Shown here in pieces: positions 8,667 through 16,753 of a stretch of DNA of 32,000 nucleotides (the first letter of the stretch is position 1; the number at the start of each line of letters is the position of its first letter). The position numbers and the translations under genes were made by a program. This stretch comes from Mycolicibacterium smegmatis. Its GTDB lineage: Bacteria > Actinomycetota > Actinomycetes > Mycobacteriales > Mycobacteriaceae. Location: contig NZ_LN831039.1 in the NCBI RefSeq assembly GCF_001457595.1, forward strand, positions 810,001 through 842,000, in the 5' to 3' direction. The notes under the pieces were generated by a model that saw only the letters and a program-made list of their open reading frames with translations, did not search any database and had not been told where the DNA came from.

Positions 8667-8834
8667 GGATCGGTGGCCCCACCCCGGGGCGGGCGGCGCG
8701 CACGAGGGGATCGAGCCCCGTTTCCGGGGGCTTCGCCGGTCCATAGCGTGGTGTGCAGATCGCCGGAGAGCCCGGCGGAGAACCTCACAAAGAACTCACG
8801 AGGACCTCCCAGAAACACCTGAAAGGTTGGAGCA

Positions 8835-9914
8835 ATGACCTCTCTGATCGACTTCATCCTCGACCTGTTCCGCAGCCCGGCCTCGGCGGCCGCATTCATC
8901 GCCGACCCGGACGGCAGCCTGCGCGATGCGGGCCTGCCCAACGTGACGGCCGCCCAGCTGCACGCCGTTGCGGCCACCGCGGCCCCTGCCGGTGTGCTGC
9001 TCGGCGGCGGCAACCCGGTCGTGGGCCTGCAGCGCGCGGTCGCCGACCACCACAACATCCCCGCTCAGTTCGCGGCGCCGATCGCCTCGCCGTTCTCGCC
9101 GCAGACCCAGTTCGCGCCGGAGGTGGCCAGCCACAACAACACCGATCTGGCGAGCCACAACAACACCCCGATCATGAGCCCCAACCAGGACGCCGGCGCC
9201 AACGCGCAACAGGGTGCGTTCAACCTGGGCTTCGGTGACATCACCCTGGGCAACAAGACCACGAACACCGCCACCAACGGCGGCGTGGTGGTCGACGGGG
9301 ACAACGCCGGTGACATCGTCAGCGGTGACGGCGCGGTCCTGGGTGACGGCAACACCACCAACAACGGCGACATCCTGGCCGGCGCCGGGTCCAACGTCGC
9401 GGTGGGCAAGGACAACGACATCGAGGACAACTCGCAGACCGCGGGCGGTGACCTGATCTCGGGCAACGACGGCCCGGTCATCAGCGACGTCGACATGAGC
9501 GGCGGCCACGGTGGCGGTGCCAGCGGCGGTGACAGCCTGATCGGGATCGGCAGCGGCGGCGCGTCCGGCGGTGACGGAGGCAACGGCGGGTCGATCATCC
9601 TGACCGACGCCAGCTCCAACTACGTCGGCGGCGACCAGACCTCGGTCGGTGGCGACTGGGGCAGCGACAACACGCAGGACAACTCGGTGAGCTCCGCGGT
9701 GGAGTACGACACCCACACCAGCTACACGGACAACTCGTCGACCTACGAGTCGAGCATCGGTTCGGGCAACCAGACCGCGATCGCCTCGGGCAACGAGACC
9801 GCGTTCGGATCGGGCAACGAGACCAACACCGCGCTGGCCTCGGGCAACAGCTACGACACGACCGACATCGACACCAACGTCGCGTCGCCCAGCCTCGAGC
9901 TCGACGCGTTCTGA
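8835..9914 (+). CDS. iniB: IniB, isoniazid-inducible Gly/Asn/Asp-rich repetitive protein
   Basis: 359 aa. IniB-type N-terminus MTSLIDFILDLFRSPASAAAFIADPDGSLRDAGLPNVT, then low-complexity NG/GD/SGN repeats. Immediately upstream of iniA. Leader carries GAAAGG. Confidence 0.92.
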   Translation: MTSLIDFILDLFRSPASAAAFIADPDGSLRDAGLPNVTAAQLHAVAATAAPAGVLLGGGNPVVGLQRAVADHHNIPAQFAAPIASPFSPQTQFAPEVASHNNTDLASHNNTPIMSPNQDAGANAQQGAFNLGFGDITLGNKTTNTATNGGVVVDGDNAGDIVSGDGAVLGDGNTTNNGDILAGAGSNVAVGKDNDIEDNSQTAGGDLISGNDGPVISDVDMSGGHGGGASGGDSLIGIGSGGASGGDGGNGGSIILTDASSNYVGGDQTSVGGDWGSDNTQDNSVSSAVEYDTHTSYTDNSSTYESSIGSGNQTAIASGNETAFGSGNETNTALASGNSYDTTDIDTNVASPSLELDAF

Positions 9915-9927
9915 GACCAGCACCCCC

Positions 9928-9957
9928 GCGGGGGCCACCCGAAGTGGTGGCCCCCGC
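9928..9957 (+). terminator. 12-bp perfect GC-rich hairpin in the iniB-iniA intergenic region, possible partial terminator or mRNA stability element
   Basis: GCGGGGGCCACC (9928-9939), loop CGAAGT, GGTGGCCCCCGC (9946-9957). Starts 14 nt after the iniB stop. Confidence 0.65.
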
Positions 9958-10001
9958 TCGGTGCGTATGCCTACCGTTGACGTCTGCAGGAGGGAAGCTT
10001 C

Positions 10002-11891
10002 ATGACGCAGCCCAGTGATCCGGGGGCGGCCGGCGGGCCGGCCAGTCCGGTTTCGGCCGGCGGGCCGGCCAGACCTGTCAAGGTGATCGTCGAGCTCATC
10101 GACCACACCAGCGCCATCGCCGCCGCCAAGGACCGCGCCGACCTGGTGGAACGGCTGCGTGCCGCGAAGGCCAGGATCAGCGATCCGCAGATCCGCGTCG
10201 TCATCGCCGGGCAGCTCAAGCAGGGCAAGAGCCAGCTGCTCAACTCGCTGCTCAACATCCCGGTGGCGCGCGTCGGTGACGACGAGAGCACCGTGCTCGC
10301 GACCGTGGTGTCCTACGGCGAGCAGGCCTCGGCGCGACTGGTGGTGGCCCGTCCCGACGGCGCCGAACCCGAACTGATCGAGATCCCGCCGTCCGAGGTC
10401 ACCACCGATTTGCGCCGGGCACCGCAGGCCAGTGGCCGCCAGGTGCTGCGCGTCGAGGTCACCGCGCCGAGCCCGCTGCTCAAAGGTGGCCTGGCGTTCG
10501 TCGACACCCCCGGTGTGGGCGGACACGGCCAACCCCACCTGTCGGCGACGCTGGGTCTGCTGCCCGACGCCGACGCCATGCTGATGATCAGCGACACCAG
10601 CCAGGAGTTCACCGAGCCGGAGATGAAGTTCATCCGGCAGGCCCTCGAGATCTGCCCGGTGGCCGCGATCGTCGCGACCAAGACCGACCTGTACCCGCAC
10701 TGGCGCCAGATCGTCGACGCCAACATCGCGCACCTGCAGCGGGCCGGGCTCAACGTCCCGGTGATCCCGGCGTCGTCGGTGCTGCGCAGCCACGCGATCT
10801 CGCTCAACGACAAGGAACTCAACGAGGAATCGAACTTCCCGGCGATCGTGAAGTTCCTCTCCGAGCATGTGCTGTCCCGGCAGAACGACCGTATCCGCGA
10901 CCAGATCGTCGATGAGATCCGTTCAGCGGCAGAACATCTGCTGCTGGCCGTGGAATCGGAACTGTCATCGTTCAACGACCCGGGGGAGCGGGAACGCCTC
11001 ACCGCCGAGTTGGAGCGACGCAAGCAGGAGGCCCAGGATGCGTTGCAGCAGACCGCGTTGTGGCAGCAGGTGCTCAGCGACGGCATCGCCGATCTGACCG
11101 CCGACGTCGACCACGACCTGCGGCACCGGTTCCGCATCATCGCCGCACACACCGAAAAGGTGATCGACGGTTGCGATCCCACGCTGCACTGGGCCGAGAT
11201 CGGCGCCGAACTCGAGGACGCGGTCGCCACGGCGGCCGGGGACAACTTCGTATGGGCCTATCAACGCGCCGAGGCGCTGGCGGCCGAGGTGGCGCGGACC
11301 TTCACCGAGGCCGGTCTGGATGCGGTTCAGATGCCGCAGATCGACGCGCGTGACATGGGAGCGGGCTTCGGGGAACTGAATTCACTGGCGCGACTTGAGG
11401 CCAAGCCGATCAAGATCGGCCACAAGGTGGTCACCGGGATGCGTGGCTCGTACGGCGGCGTGCTGATGTTCGGCATGCTGACCTCGTTCGCGGGTCTGGG
11501 CATGTTCAACCCGTTGTCGCTCGGCGCGGGTTTCGTGCTGGGGCGCAAGGCCTACAAGGAGGACATGGAGAACCGCATGCTGCGCGTGCGCAACGAGGCC
11601 AAGGCCAACGTGCGCAAGTTCGTCGACGACGTGGCGTTCGTCGTCGGCAAGGAGTCCCGCGACAGGCTCAAGGGCATCCAGCGCCAGTTGCGCGACCACT
11701 ACCGCGAGATCGCGAACCAGACCACGCGCTCGCTCAACGAGTCACTGCAAGCTGCGATCGCCGCCGCGAAAGTCGAGGAAGCCGAACGCAATACGCGTGT
11801 CAAGGAACTCGAGCGCCAGCAGAACATCCTCAAGCAGGTGGTCGACCACGCCGCCAAACTCGCGCAGGACCCGGCACCGAGTACGGCCTGA
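10002..11891 (+). CDS. iniA: IniA, dynamin-like GTPase
   Basis: 629 aa. G1 GQLKQGKSQ, G3 DTPGVGG, G4 TKTDL. Hydrophobic segment YGGVLMFGMLTSFAGLGMFNPLSLGAGFVL. AGGAGG upstream of the ATG. Confidence 0.95.
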   Translation: MTQPSDPGAAGGPASPVSAGGPARPVKVIVELIDHTSAIAAAKDRADLVERLRAAKARISDPQIRVVIAGQLKQGKSQLLNSLLNIPVARVGDDESTVLATVVSYGEQASARLVVARPDGAEPELIEIPPSEVTTDLRRAPQASGRQVLRVEVTAPSPLLKGGLAFVDTPGVGGHGQPHLSATLGLLPDADAMLMISDTSQEFTEPEMKFIRQALEICPVAAIVATKTDLYPHWRQIVDANIAHLQRAGLNVPVIPASSVLRSHAISLNDKELNEESNFPAIVKFLSEHVLSRQNDRIRDQIVDEIRSAAEHLLLAVESELSSFNDPGERERLTAELERRKQEAQDALQQTALWQQVLSDGIADLTADVDHDLRHRFRIIAAHTEKVIDGCDPTLHWAEIGAELEDAVATAAGDNFVWAYQRAEALAAEVARTFTEAGLDAVQMPQIDARDMGAGFGELNSLARLEAKPIKIGHKVVTGMRGSYGGVLMFGMLTSFAGLGMFNPLSLGAGFVLGRKAYKEDMENRMLRVRNEAKANVRKFVDDVAFVVGKESRDRLKGIQRQLRDHYREIANQTTRSLNESLQAAIAAAKVEEAERNTRVKELERQQNILKQVVDHAAKLAQDPAPSTA

Positions 11892-11895
11892 ACAC

Positions 11896-12237
11896 TCAGT
11901 GCCGGCGGCGCCACAGCACGACGCCGACCACGACGGCGAGCACCCCGACCGCGATGGGGATCACGGGCTTGACCGCGCCCCGGTCATCGGTGAGCGCATC
12001 GCGCGTCGCGGCCTGCGCGGTGTGCGCCTTCTCGGCGACACGCTCCTTGGTCTCGGCGGCCTTGTCGTGGGCGCGGGCCTTGACGTCGGTCTTGGCTGCC
12101 AGGGCCTCCACGGTCTGTCCGAGTTCGTCGCGGGTCTTCTCGATGTCGGCCTGGATCTCGGCCACCCCGGCGTCGGGACCTGGTTCGGGTCGCAGATTCG
12201 TGGGCTTGTCGGTGTTGTCGGTGTTTTCACTGGCCAT
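11896..12237 (-). CDS. DUF3618-like small membrane protein
   Basis: 113 aa. IQADIEKTRDELGQTVEALAAKTDVKARA followed by a C-terminal TM PVIPIAVGVLAVVVGVVLWRRR. Confidence 0.85.
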   Translation of the reverse strand: MASENTDNTDKPTNLRPEPGPDAGVAEIQADIEKTRDELGQTVEALAAKTDVKARAHDKAAETKERVAEKAHTAQAATRDALTDDRGAVKPVIPIAVGVLAVVVGVVLWRRRH

Positions 12238-12640
12238 GGCGACCTGTCCTCACTTCGTCCTGGACCTCGTGGATGTCCTGTTTGACGTTGGCGACCGTCA
12301 TCTCGGGGGTCGGTGACGCCTGATCGATCTGCTTCTTGCTGATCAGAGCGGTGATCCCGGCGATCGCGAACAGGACGACCGCGACGATCAGCGCCGCGGC
12401 CCACACCGGAAGTGCCAAGGCCAGCGCGGCGATCGCCGCGGTCACCACACCGGCGAGACCGAACACCGCGATCAGTCCCGCGGCGCTGAACAGGCCCGCG
12501 CCGATGCCGGCATGCTTGGCCGACTCGGTGAATTCTTTTTGCGCCAAACGCATCTCGTCGCGGACCAGCCGCGAGGTCTGTGCCGATAGCTGGCTCATCA
12601 GTTCGCCGATCGGCGTGTCGACAGTGGGTTTCGGTTGCAT
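12227..12640 (-). CDS. Phage-holin-family/YqjE-like (DUF1469-type) membrane protein
   Basis: MQPKPTVDTPIGELMSQLSAQTSRLVRDEMRLAQKEF followed by a TM hairpin. The upstream-extended ORF reaches 12682 but ATG at 12640 is preferred. Overlaps the DUF3618-like gene by 11 bp. Confidence 0.8.
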   Translation of the reverse strand: MQPKPTVDTPIGELMSQLSAQTSRLVRDEMRLAQKEFTESAKHAGIGAGLFSAAGLIAVFGLAGVVTAAIAALALALPVWAAALIVAVVLFAIAGITALISKKQIDQASPTPEMTVANVKQDIHEVQDEVRTGRHGQ

Positions 12641-12809
12641 CTCTCGTCTCGCTTCGTCTCGCCTCGCACGAACAGCCGTCACGCTGCACTGCCGGCAGGC
12701 TTCCCGGCGGTGCCGGTGATCAAACCGTCGGGCCCGCGTTGGAGGGGCGACCCACGACCTAAGCTCGAAGAGTTAACCGCCGGTCGTTGGAAAGGTTGGA
12801 CTCCGCAGC

Positions 12810-14303
12810 GTGAGCACGGGGGATCAGGTGCGCGCGATCCTGCGCGGCACCGTCCAGGCATATCGTGGCGATCCGGCATACCGTCACCGCCCCGACGTGC
12901 ACAACGAGCTCGAGCGCATCGGGTGGCAGCTCAACCAGCCGATCCGCATCGCGTTGGCAGGCACACTCAAAGCCGGCAAGTCGACGCTGGTCAACGCGCT
13001 GCTCGGCGAGGAAATCGCCCCGACTGATGCCACGGAGGCCACCCGGATCGTCACGTGGTTCCGGCACGGCCCGACGCCCAAGGTGACCGCCAACCACCGC
13101 GGCGGCCGGCGGTTCAACGTTCCGATCGTGCGCGACCCCCACGACCGCGGCCTGACGTTCCGCTTCGACGGCCTGGACCCCGGCGAGATCCTGGACCTGG
13201 ACGTCGAGTGGCCCGCCGTCGAACTCATCGACACCACGATCATCGACACCCCGGGGACGTCGTCGCTGTCGCAGGACGTCTCCGAACGCACCTACCGGTT
13301 GCTGGTGCCCGACGACGGCGTGCCCCGCGTCGACGCCGTGGTGTTCTTGCTGCGCACCCTCAACGCCGCCGACATCGCGCTGCTCAAGCAGATCGGCGAA
13401 CTCGTCGGTGGCTCGTCCGGGGCGCTCGGCGTCATCGGCGTCGCGTCGCGCGCCGACGAGATCGGGGCGGGCCGCATCGACGCGATGATGTCGGCGAAGG
13501 ACGTCGCCAAGCGGTTCACCGCCGAGATGGACAAGACCGGCATCTGCCAGGCCGTCGTGCCGGTGTCCGGGCTGCTCGCGGTGACCGCCCGCACGCTGCG
13601 GCAGAGCGAGTTCGTCGCGCTCGAGAAGCTGGCCGGTGTCGACCCGGCCGAACTGGCCAAGGCCATGCTGTCGGTCGACCGCTTCGTCCGAGAGGACAGC
13701 GCACTGCCCGTGGATGCCGCGACGCGGGCGGCGCTGCTGGACCGGTTCGGCATGTTCGGGATCCGGATCTCGATCGCGGTGCTGCGCGCCGGGGTGTCCG
13801 ATTCGGTGGCGCTGGCCGACGAACTGCTCGAACGCAGCGGCCTGATCGCGCTGCGCGACGTCATCGACCAGCAGTTCGCGCAGCGGTCGGAGCTGCTCAA
13901 GGCCCACACCGCCCTGCTTTCGTTGCGGCAGTTCGTGCAGCACAACCCCATCTACGCGACGCCCTACATCCTGGCTGACATCGAACCGCTGCTGGCCGAC
14001 ACCCATGCGTTCGAGGAACTGCGGCTGCTGAGCCAGCTGAGGTCACGTCCGACCACGCTCAACGAGGACGAGATGGCCTCGCTGCGCCGCATCATCGGCG
14101 GCTCGGGCACCGACGCCGCGAGTCGTCTCGGCCTGACCCCCGACGCGCCGTACGACGGACCGCGTGCGGCGTTCGCGGCCGCGCAGCGCTGGCGACGACG
14201 TGCCGAGCATCCGCTGAACGATCCGTTCACCACCCGCGCGTGCCGGGCCGCGGTGCGCAGCGCCGAGGCGCTGGTCGCCGAATACGCCGCGCGTCAGCGC
14301 TGA
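12810..14303 (+). CDS. iniC: IniC, dynamin-like GTPase
   Basis: 497 aa. G1 GTLKAGKST, G3 DTPGTSS. GTG start at 12810, GAAAGGTTGGA upstream. Confidence 0.93.
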   Translation: MSTGDQVRAILRGTVQAYRGDPAYRHRPDVHNELERIGWQLNQPIRIALAGTLKAGKSTLVNALLGEEIAPTDATEATRIVTWFRHGPTPKVTANHRGGRRFNVPIVRDPHDRGLTFRFDGLDPGEILDLDVEWPAVELIDTTIIDTPGTSSLSQDVSERTYRLLVPDDGVPRVDAVVFLLRTLNAADIALLKQIGELVGGSSGALGVIGVASRADEIGAGRIDAMMSAKDVAKRFTAEMDKTGICQAVVPVSGLLAVTARTLRQSEFVALEKLAGVDPAELAKAMLSVDRFVREDSALPVDAATRAALLDRFGMFGIRISIAVLRAGVSDSVALADELLERSGLIALRDVIDQQFAQRSELLKAHTALLSLRQFVQHNPIYATPYILADIEPLLADTHAFEELRLLSQLRSRPTTLNEDEMASLRRIIGGSGTDAASRLGLTPDAPYDGPRAAFAAAQRWRRRAEHPLNDPFTTRACRAAVRSAEALVAEYAARQR

Positions 14304-14358
14304 CAGGCCGGATGACCGGCCGGCTTAACGAATCGGGCCCGTCCGACGACATACGGGT

Positions 14359-16209
14359 ATGCGTGATTGCCTGGGGTTGTCCGTCGGGACGACGAACCTG
14401 GTGGCAGTCGCCGACCAGTCGCCGGTGATCCGGCGTGCGGTCCTGACGTTGTTCCCACATCGCGGACCCGAGGTCGGTGGGCCACCGGACGGAAGTGCCT
14501 GCGACGGGCTGACCATCTCCGACTTCGTCGCGCGTGTCGGCGACCCGGTGCCGCTGATCGCGGCCGACGGATCCGCCCACCGTGCCGAGCAACTGCTGGC
14601 AGCTGCCGTGGGGGCGATGGGCCGGCTGGCGGCGCCGGGCCGCCACCCCGAGAACCAGGTGGTGGCGGTCCCGGCGCACTGGCACCCGGCGGCCTTCGAC
14701 GCGGTCCGGGCCGCGATGCCCGGTGTCCGCGTGGTGTCCGACGCCGTGGCGTCCTTGACCGCGATCCAGACGTACCCCGGTCTGCCGGCACGCGGGATCG
14801 TCGCGTTGTGCGATTTCGGGGCGACGGGTACCAGCCTCACCCTGGCCGACGCCGCGCGTGGGTTCGCCCCACTGGCCACGGTCCGCCACGAGGACTTCTC
14901 GGGAGACCTGATCGACCAGGAGATCTTGCGCCGTGTCCTGGCCGATCTGGACGCCGAACCCGCGGGCACCGCGGCGGTTTCGACACTGGCCGCCTTGCGC
15001 GAGCAGTGCCGGTCGGCCAAGGAGCGCCTGAGCTACGAGGCGGCCACCGGTCTGGCCGGGCCCGGCAACACCATGCGGCTGACCCGTGCCGACGTGGAAG
15101 CCGTTGTCGCGCAGCCGCTCAGCGGCGTGATCGACGCGTTGCACGACCTGCTGCGCCGCAACGGCGTGCACCCGGCCCAGCTCGCGGCGTTGGTGACCGT
15201 CGGCGGCGGGGCACGCATTCCCGTTGTCACACAACGGCTCTCCGAGGAATTCCGGATGCCGGTGACCACCGTGGTGCAGTCGCAGGTGATCGCCGCGACC
15301 GGCGCCGCGCTGCTGGCACACCGCGGCGAAGACCAGACCGTGACCCGCCGCGTCATCCCGCCCGCAACCGAGCCGGCTTCCGCGACAGAAGCTGTCGCCA
15401 CCACGGGATGGGCGCCGCCCCTGGCGTGGTCGGCGGCCGACGAGAGTGATGAGGCTGCTGGTCCTGAGGTTCCCACCGCGAGTTCGGCGCGGCCCGATCT
15501 GATCTTCGCCGAGCCGCCCGAGGCCGCGCCGGAGCCTGCGCGGCCGTGGTACCGGCGCGGTGGGGTGGTGTTCTACGCCGCGCTGTTCCTGGCCGTCGTC
15601 GGAACCGCCGGCCTGGTCTACTCCGTGCGCGCCGACCGGTTGGATGCGGCGGCGGCGAGCACACCGCTCGCGCCGCAGACCGTGCCCGCCGAATCCCCAC
15701 TGGCGCAATCGCTGCCCGCACCGCCGACCCGCACCGTGGTGGTCCAGGATCCGGGAGCACCCGCGGCGCCCGCGCAGGCTGCCCCGCGCCCGGCCGCTGC
15801 GCCGCGCCTGGTGCAGAGCGGGCAGGTGGCCCCGCAGGCCGCACCCCGGCAGGCGCCACGAGTCGCGGCCCCAGCACCTGCGCCTGCCCCTGCACCGGCG
15901 GCGCCCCCACTGCAATGGCCGGTACTGCCGCGGCTGCCGATCCCGACGTTCGTGCTTCCCGCTGCGCCGTCGTCGGCGCCTGAGCCCACTGCTACGGCGT
16001 CACCCACACCAGAGCCCACCGCGGAGCCGGAGCCGACGCAGGAGCCCGGCCCCACTCAGGCGCCGCAGCCCTCGGCCGAACCGACGGCCTCACCCGAACC
16101 GACGGTGTCACCGATCTCTGATCCGGAACCGACGGCGCAACTCGAGCCCGAACCAGAGCCCGAGCCTGCTCCGGAGACGTCCACGCCGCCGGTGGAGCCG
16201 GCGGAGTAG
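14359..16209 (+). CDS. Second Hsp70-like protein with one TM helix and a long Pro/Ala/Glu-rich tail
   Basis: 616 aa. LGLSVGTTNLVAV, CDFGATGTSLTLADAA, ALVTVGGGARIPVVTQRL. Then PWYRRGGVVFYAALFLAVVGTAGLVYSV and a tail rich in PTPEPTAEPEP. Paralogue of 6023-7810. Confidence 0.85.
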   Translation: MRDCLGLSVGTTNLVAVADQSPVIRRAVLTLFPHRGPEVGGPPDGSACDGLTISDFVARVGDPVPLIAADGSAHRAEQLLAAAVGAMGRLAAPGRHPENQVVAVPAHWHPAAFDAVRAAMPGVRVVSDAVASLTAIQTYPGLPARGIVALCDFGATGTSLTLADAARGFAPLATVRHEDFSGDLIDQEILRRVLADLDAEPAGTAAVSTLAALREQCRSAKERLSYEAATGLAGPGNTMRLTRADVEAVVAQPLSGVIDALHDLLRRNGVHPAQLAALVTVGGGARIPVVTQRLSEEFRMPVTTVVQSQVIAATGAALLAHRGEDQTVTRRVIPPATEPASATEAVATTGWAPPLAWSAADESDEAAGPEVPTASSARPDLIFAEPPEAAPEPARPWYRRGGVVFYAALFLAVVGTAGLVYSVRADRLDAAAASTPLAPQTVPAESPLAQSLPAPPTRTVVVQDPGAPAAPAQAAPRPAAAPRLVQSGQVAPQAAPRQAPRVAAPAPAPAPAPAAPPLQWPVLPRLPIPTFVLPAAPSSAPEPTATASPTPEPTAEPEPTQEPGPTQAPQPSAEPTASPEPTVSPISDPEPTAQLEPEPEPEPAPETSTPPVEPAE

Positions 16210-16221
16210 ACGCGGCAGCCG

Positions 16222-16734
16222 TCAGGGCTGCTCGCCGCCCTCTTCCTCCGGGACCGTCGTGGTCTCGGTGACCGTGGACGTCACCACCGACGTGCTGGTC
16301 TCGACGGTTGTCGAGGTCGTCGGGGGCGCGGTGGTCGTGGTGGTGGTGGTCGGCGGGGTCGTCGTCGCCGTCTCGGTGACCGTGGTCTGCGCAGGCGTCG
16401 AGGTCTCGGTCACCGTCCGTGTCGGCACCGGGGCGACCGGGGCGACCTGCGATGTGGTGACCGGGGTGGTCGACGTCGTGCTGGTGGTGGTCGACGTCGT
16501 CGACGACGAGTCATCCGACGAGAACAACTGGATCACCGCGTAGATCACCAGAGCGACGATCAGCGCACCGAGTGCACCCAGGCCGACGAGCGCGGCGGGT
16601 TTGCGGTACCACGGAACGGGTTCGGGAGCCGGCGGTTGGTCGGGCGGCGGGTACGCCCCATAATCGGCCCCGTAGTCGCCGCCGTAGCTGTGGGCGTACT
16701 GGGTGGGCTCGTCGTCGGAGTAGTTGTTCGCCAC
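16222..16734 (-). CDS. Single-pass membrane protein with Tyr/Pro-rich N-terminus and Thr-rich tail
   Basis: 170 aa. EPVPWYRKPAALVGLGALGALIVALVIYAVIQLF followed by a Ser/Thr-rich tail. GTG start. Confidence 0.75.
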   Translation of the reverse strand: MANNYSDDEPTQYAHSYGGDYGADYGAYPPPDQPPAPEPVPWYRKPAALVGLGALGALIVALVIYAVIQLFSSDDSSSTTSTTTSTTSTTPVTTSQVAPVAPVPTRTVTETSTPAQTTVTETATTTPPTTTTTTTAPPTTSTTVETSTSVVTSTVTETTTVPEEEGGEQP

Positions 16735-16753
16735 GCGCCGATAGTAGGTGGCC

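Noticed and set aside
8796-10868. Long 690-aa minus-strand ORF covering iniB and the 5' half of iniA
   Set aside because: Shadow ORF opposite confidently assigned iniB/iniA. Its composition (GHH/VVV/arginine-rich) reflects reverse-strand codon bias, with no recognisable domain.
12759-14006. 415-aa minus-strand ORF opposite iniC
   Set aside because: Fully overlaps iniC, low-complexity shadow translation, no family motif.
14308-14323. GGCCGG-ATGA-CCGGCC short inverted repeat after iniC
   Set aside because: A 6-bp GC-only stem is common by chance here, and it lies only 55 bp before the next co-directional gene.
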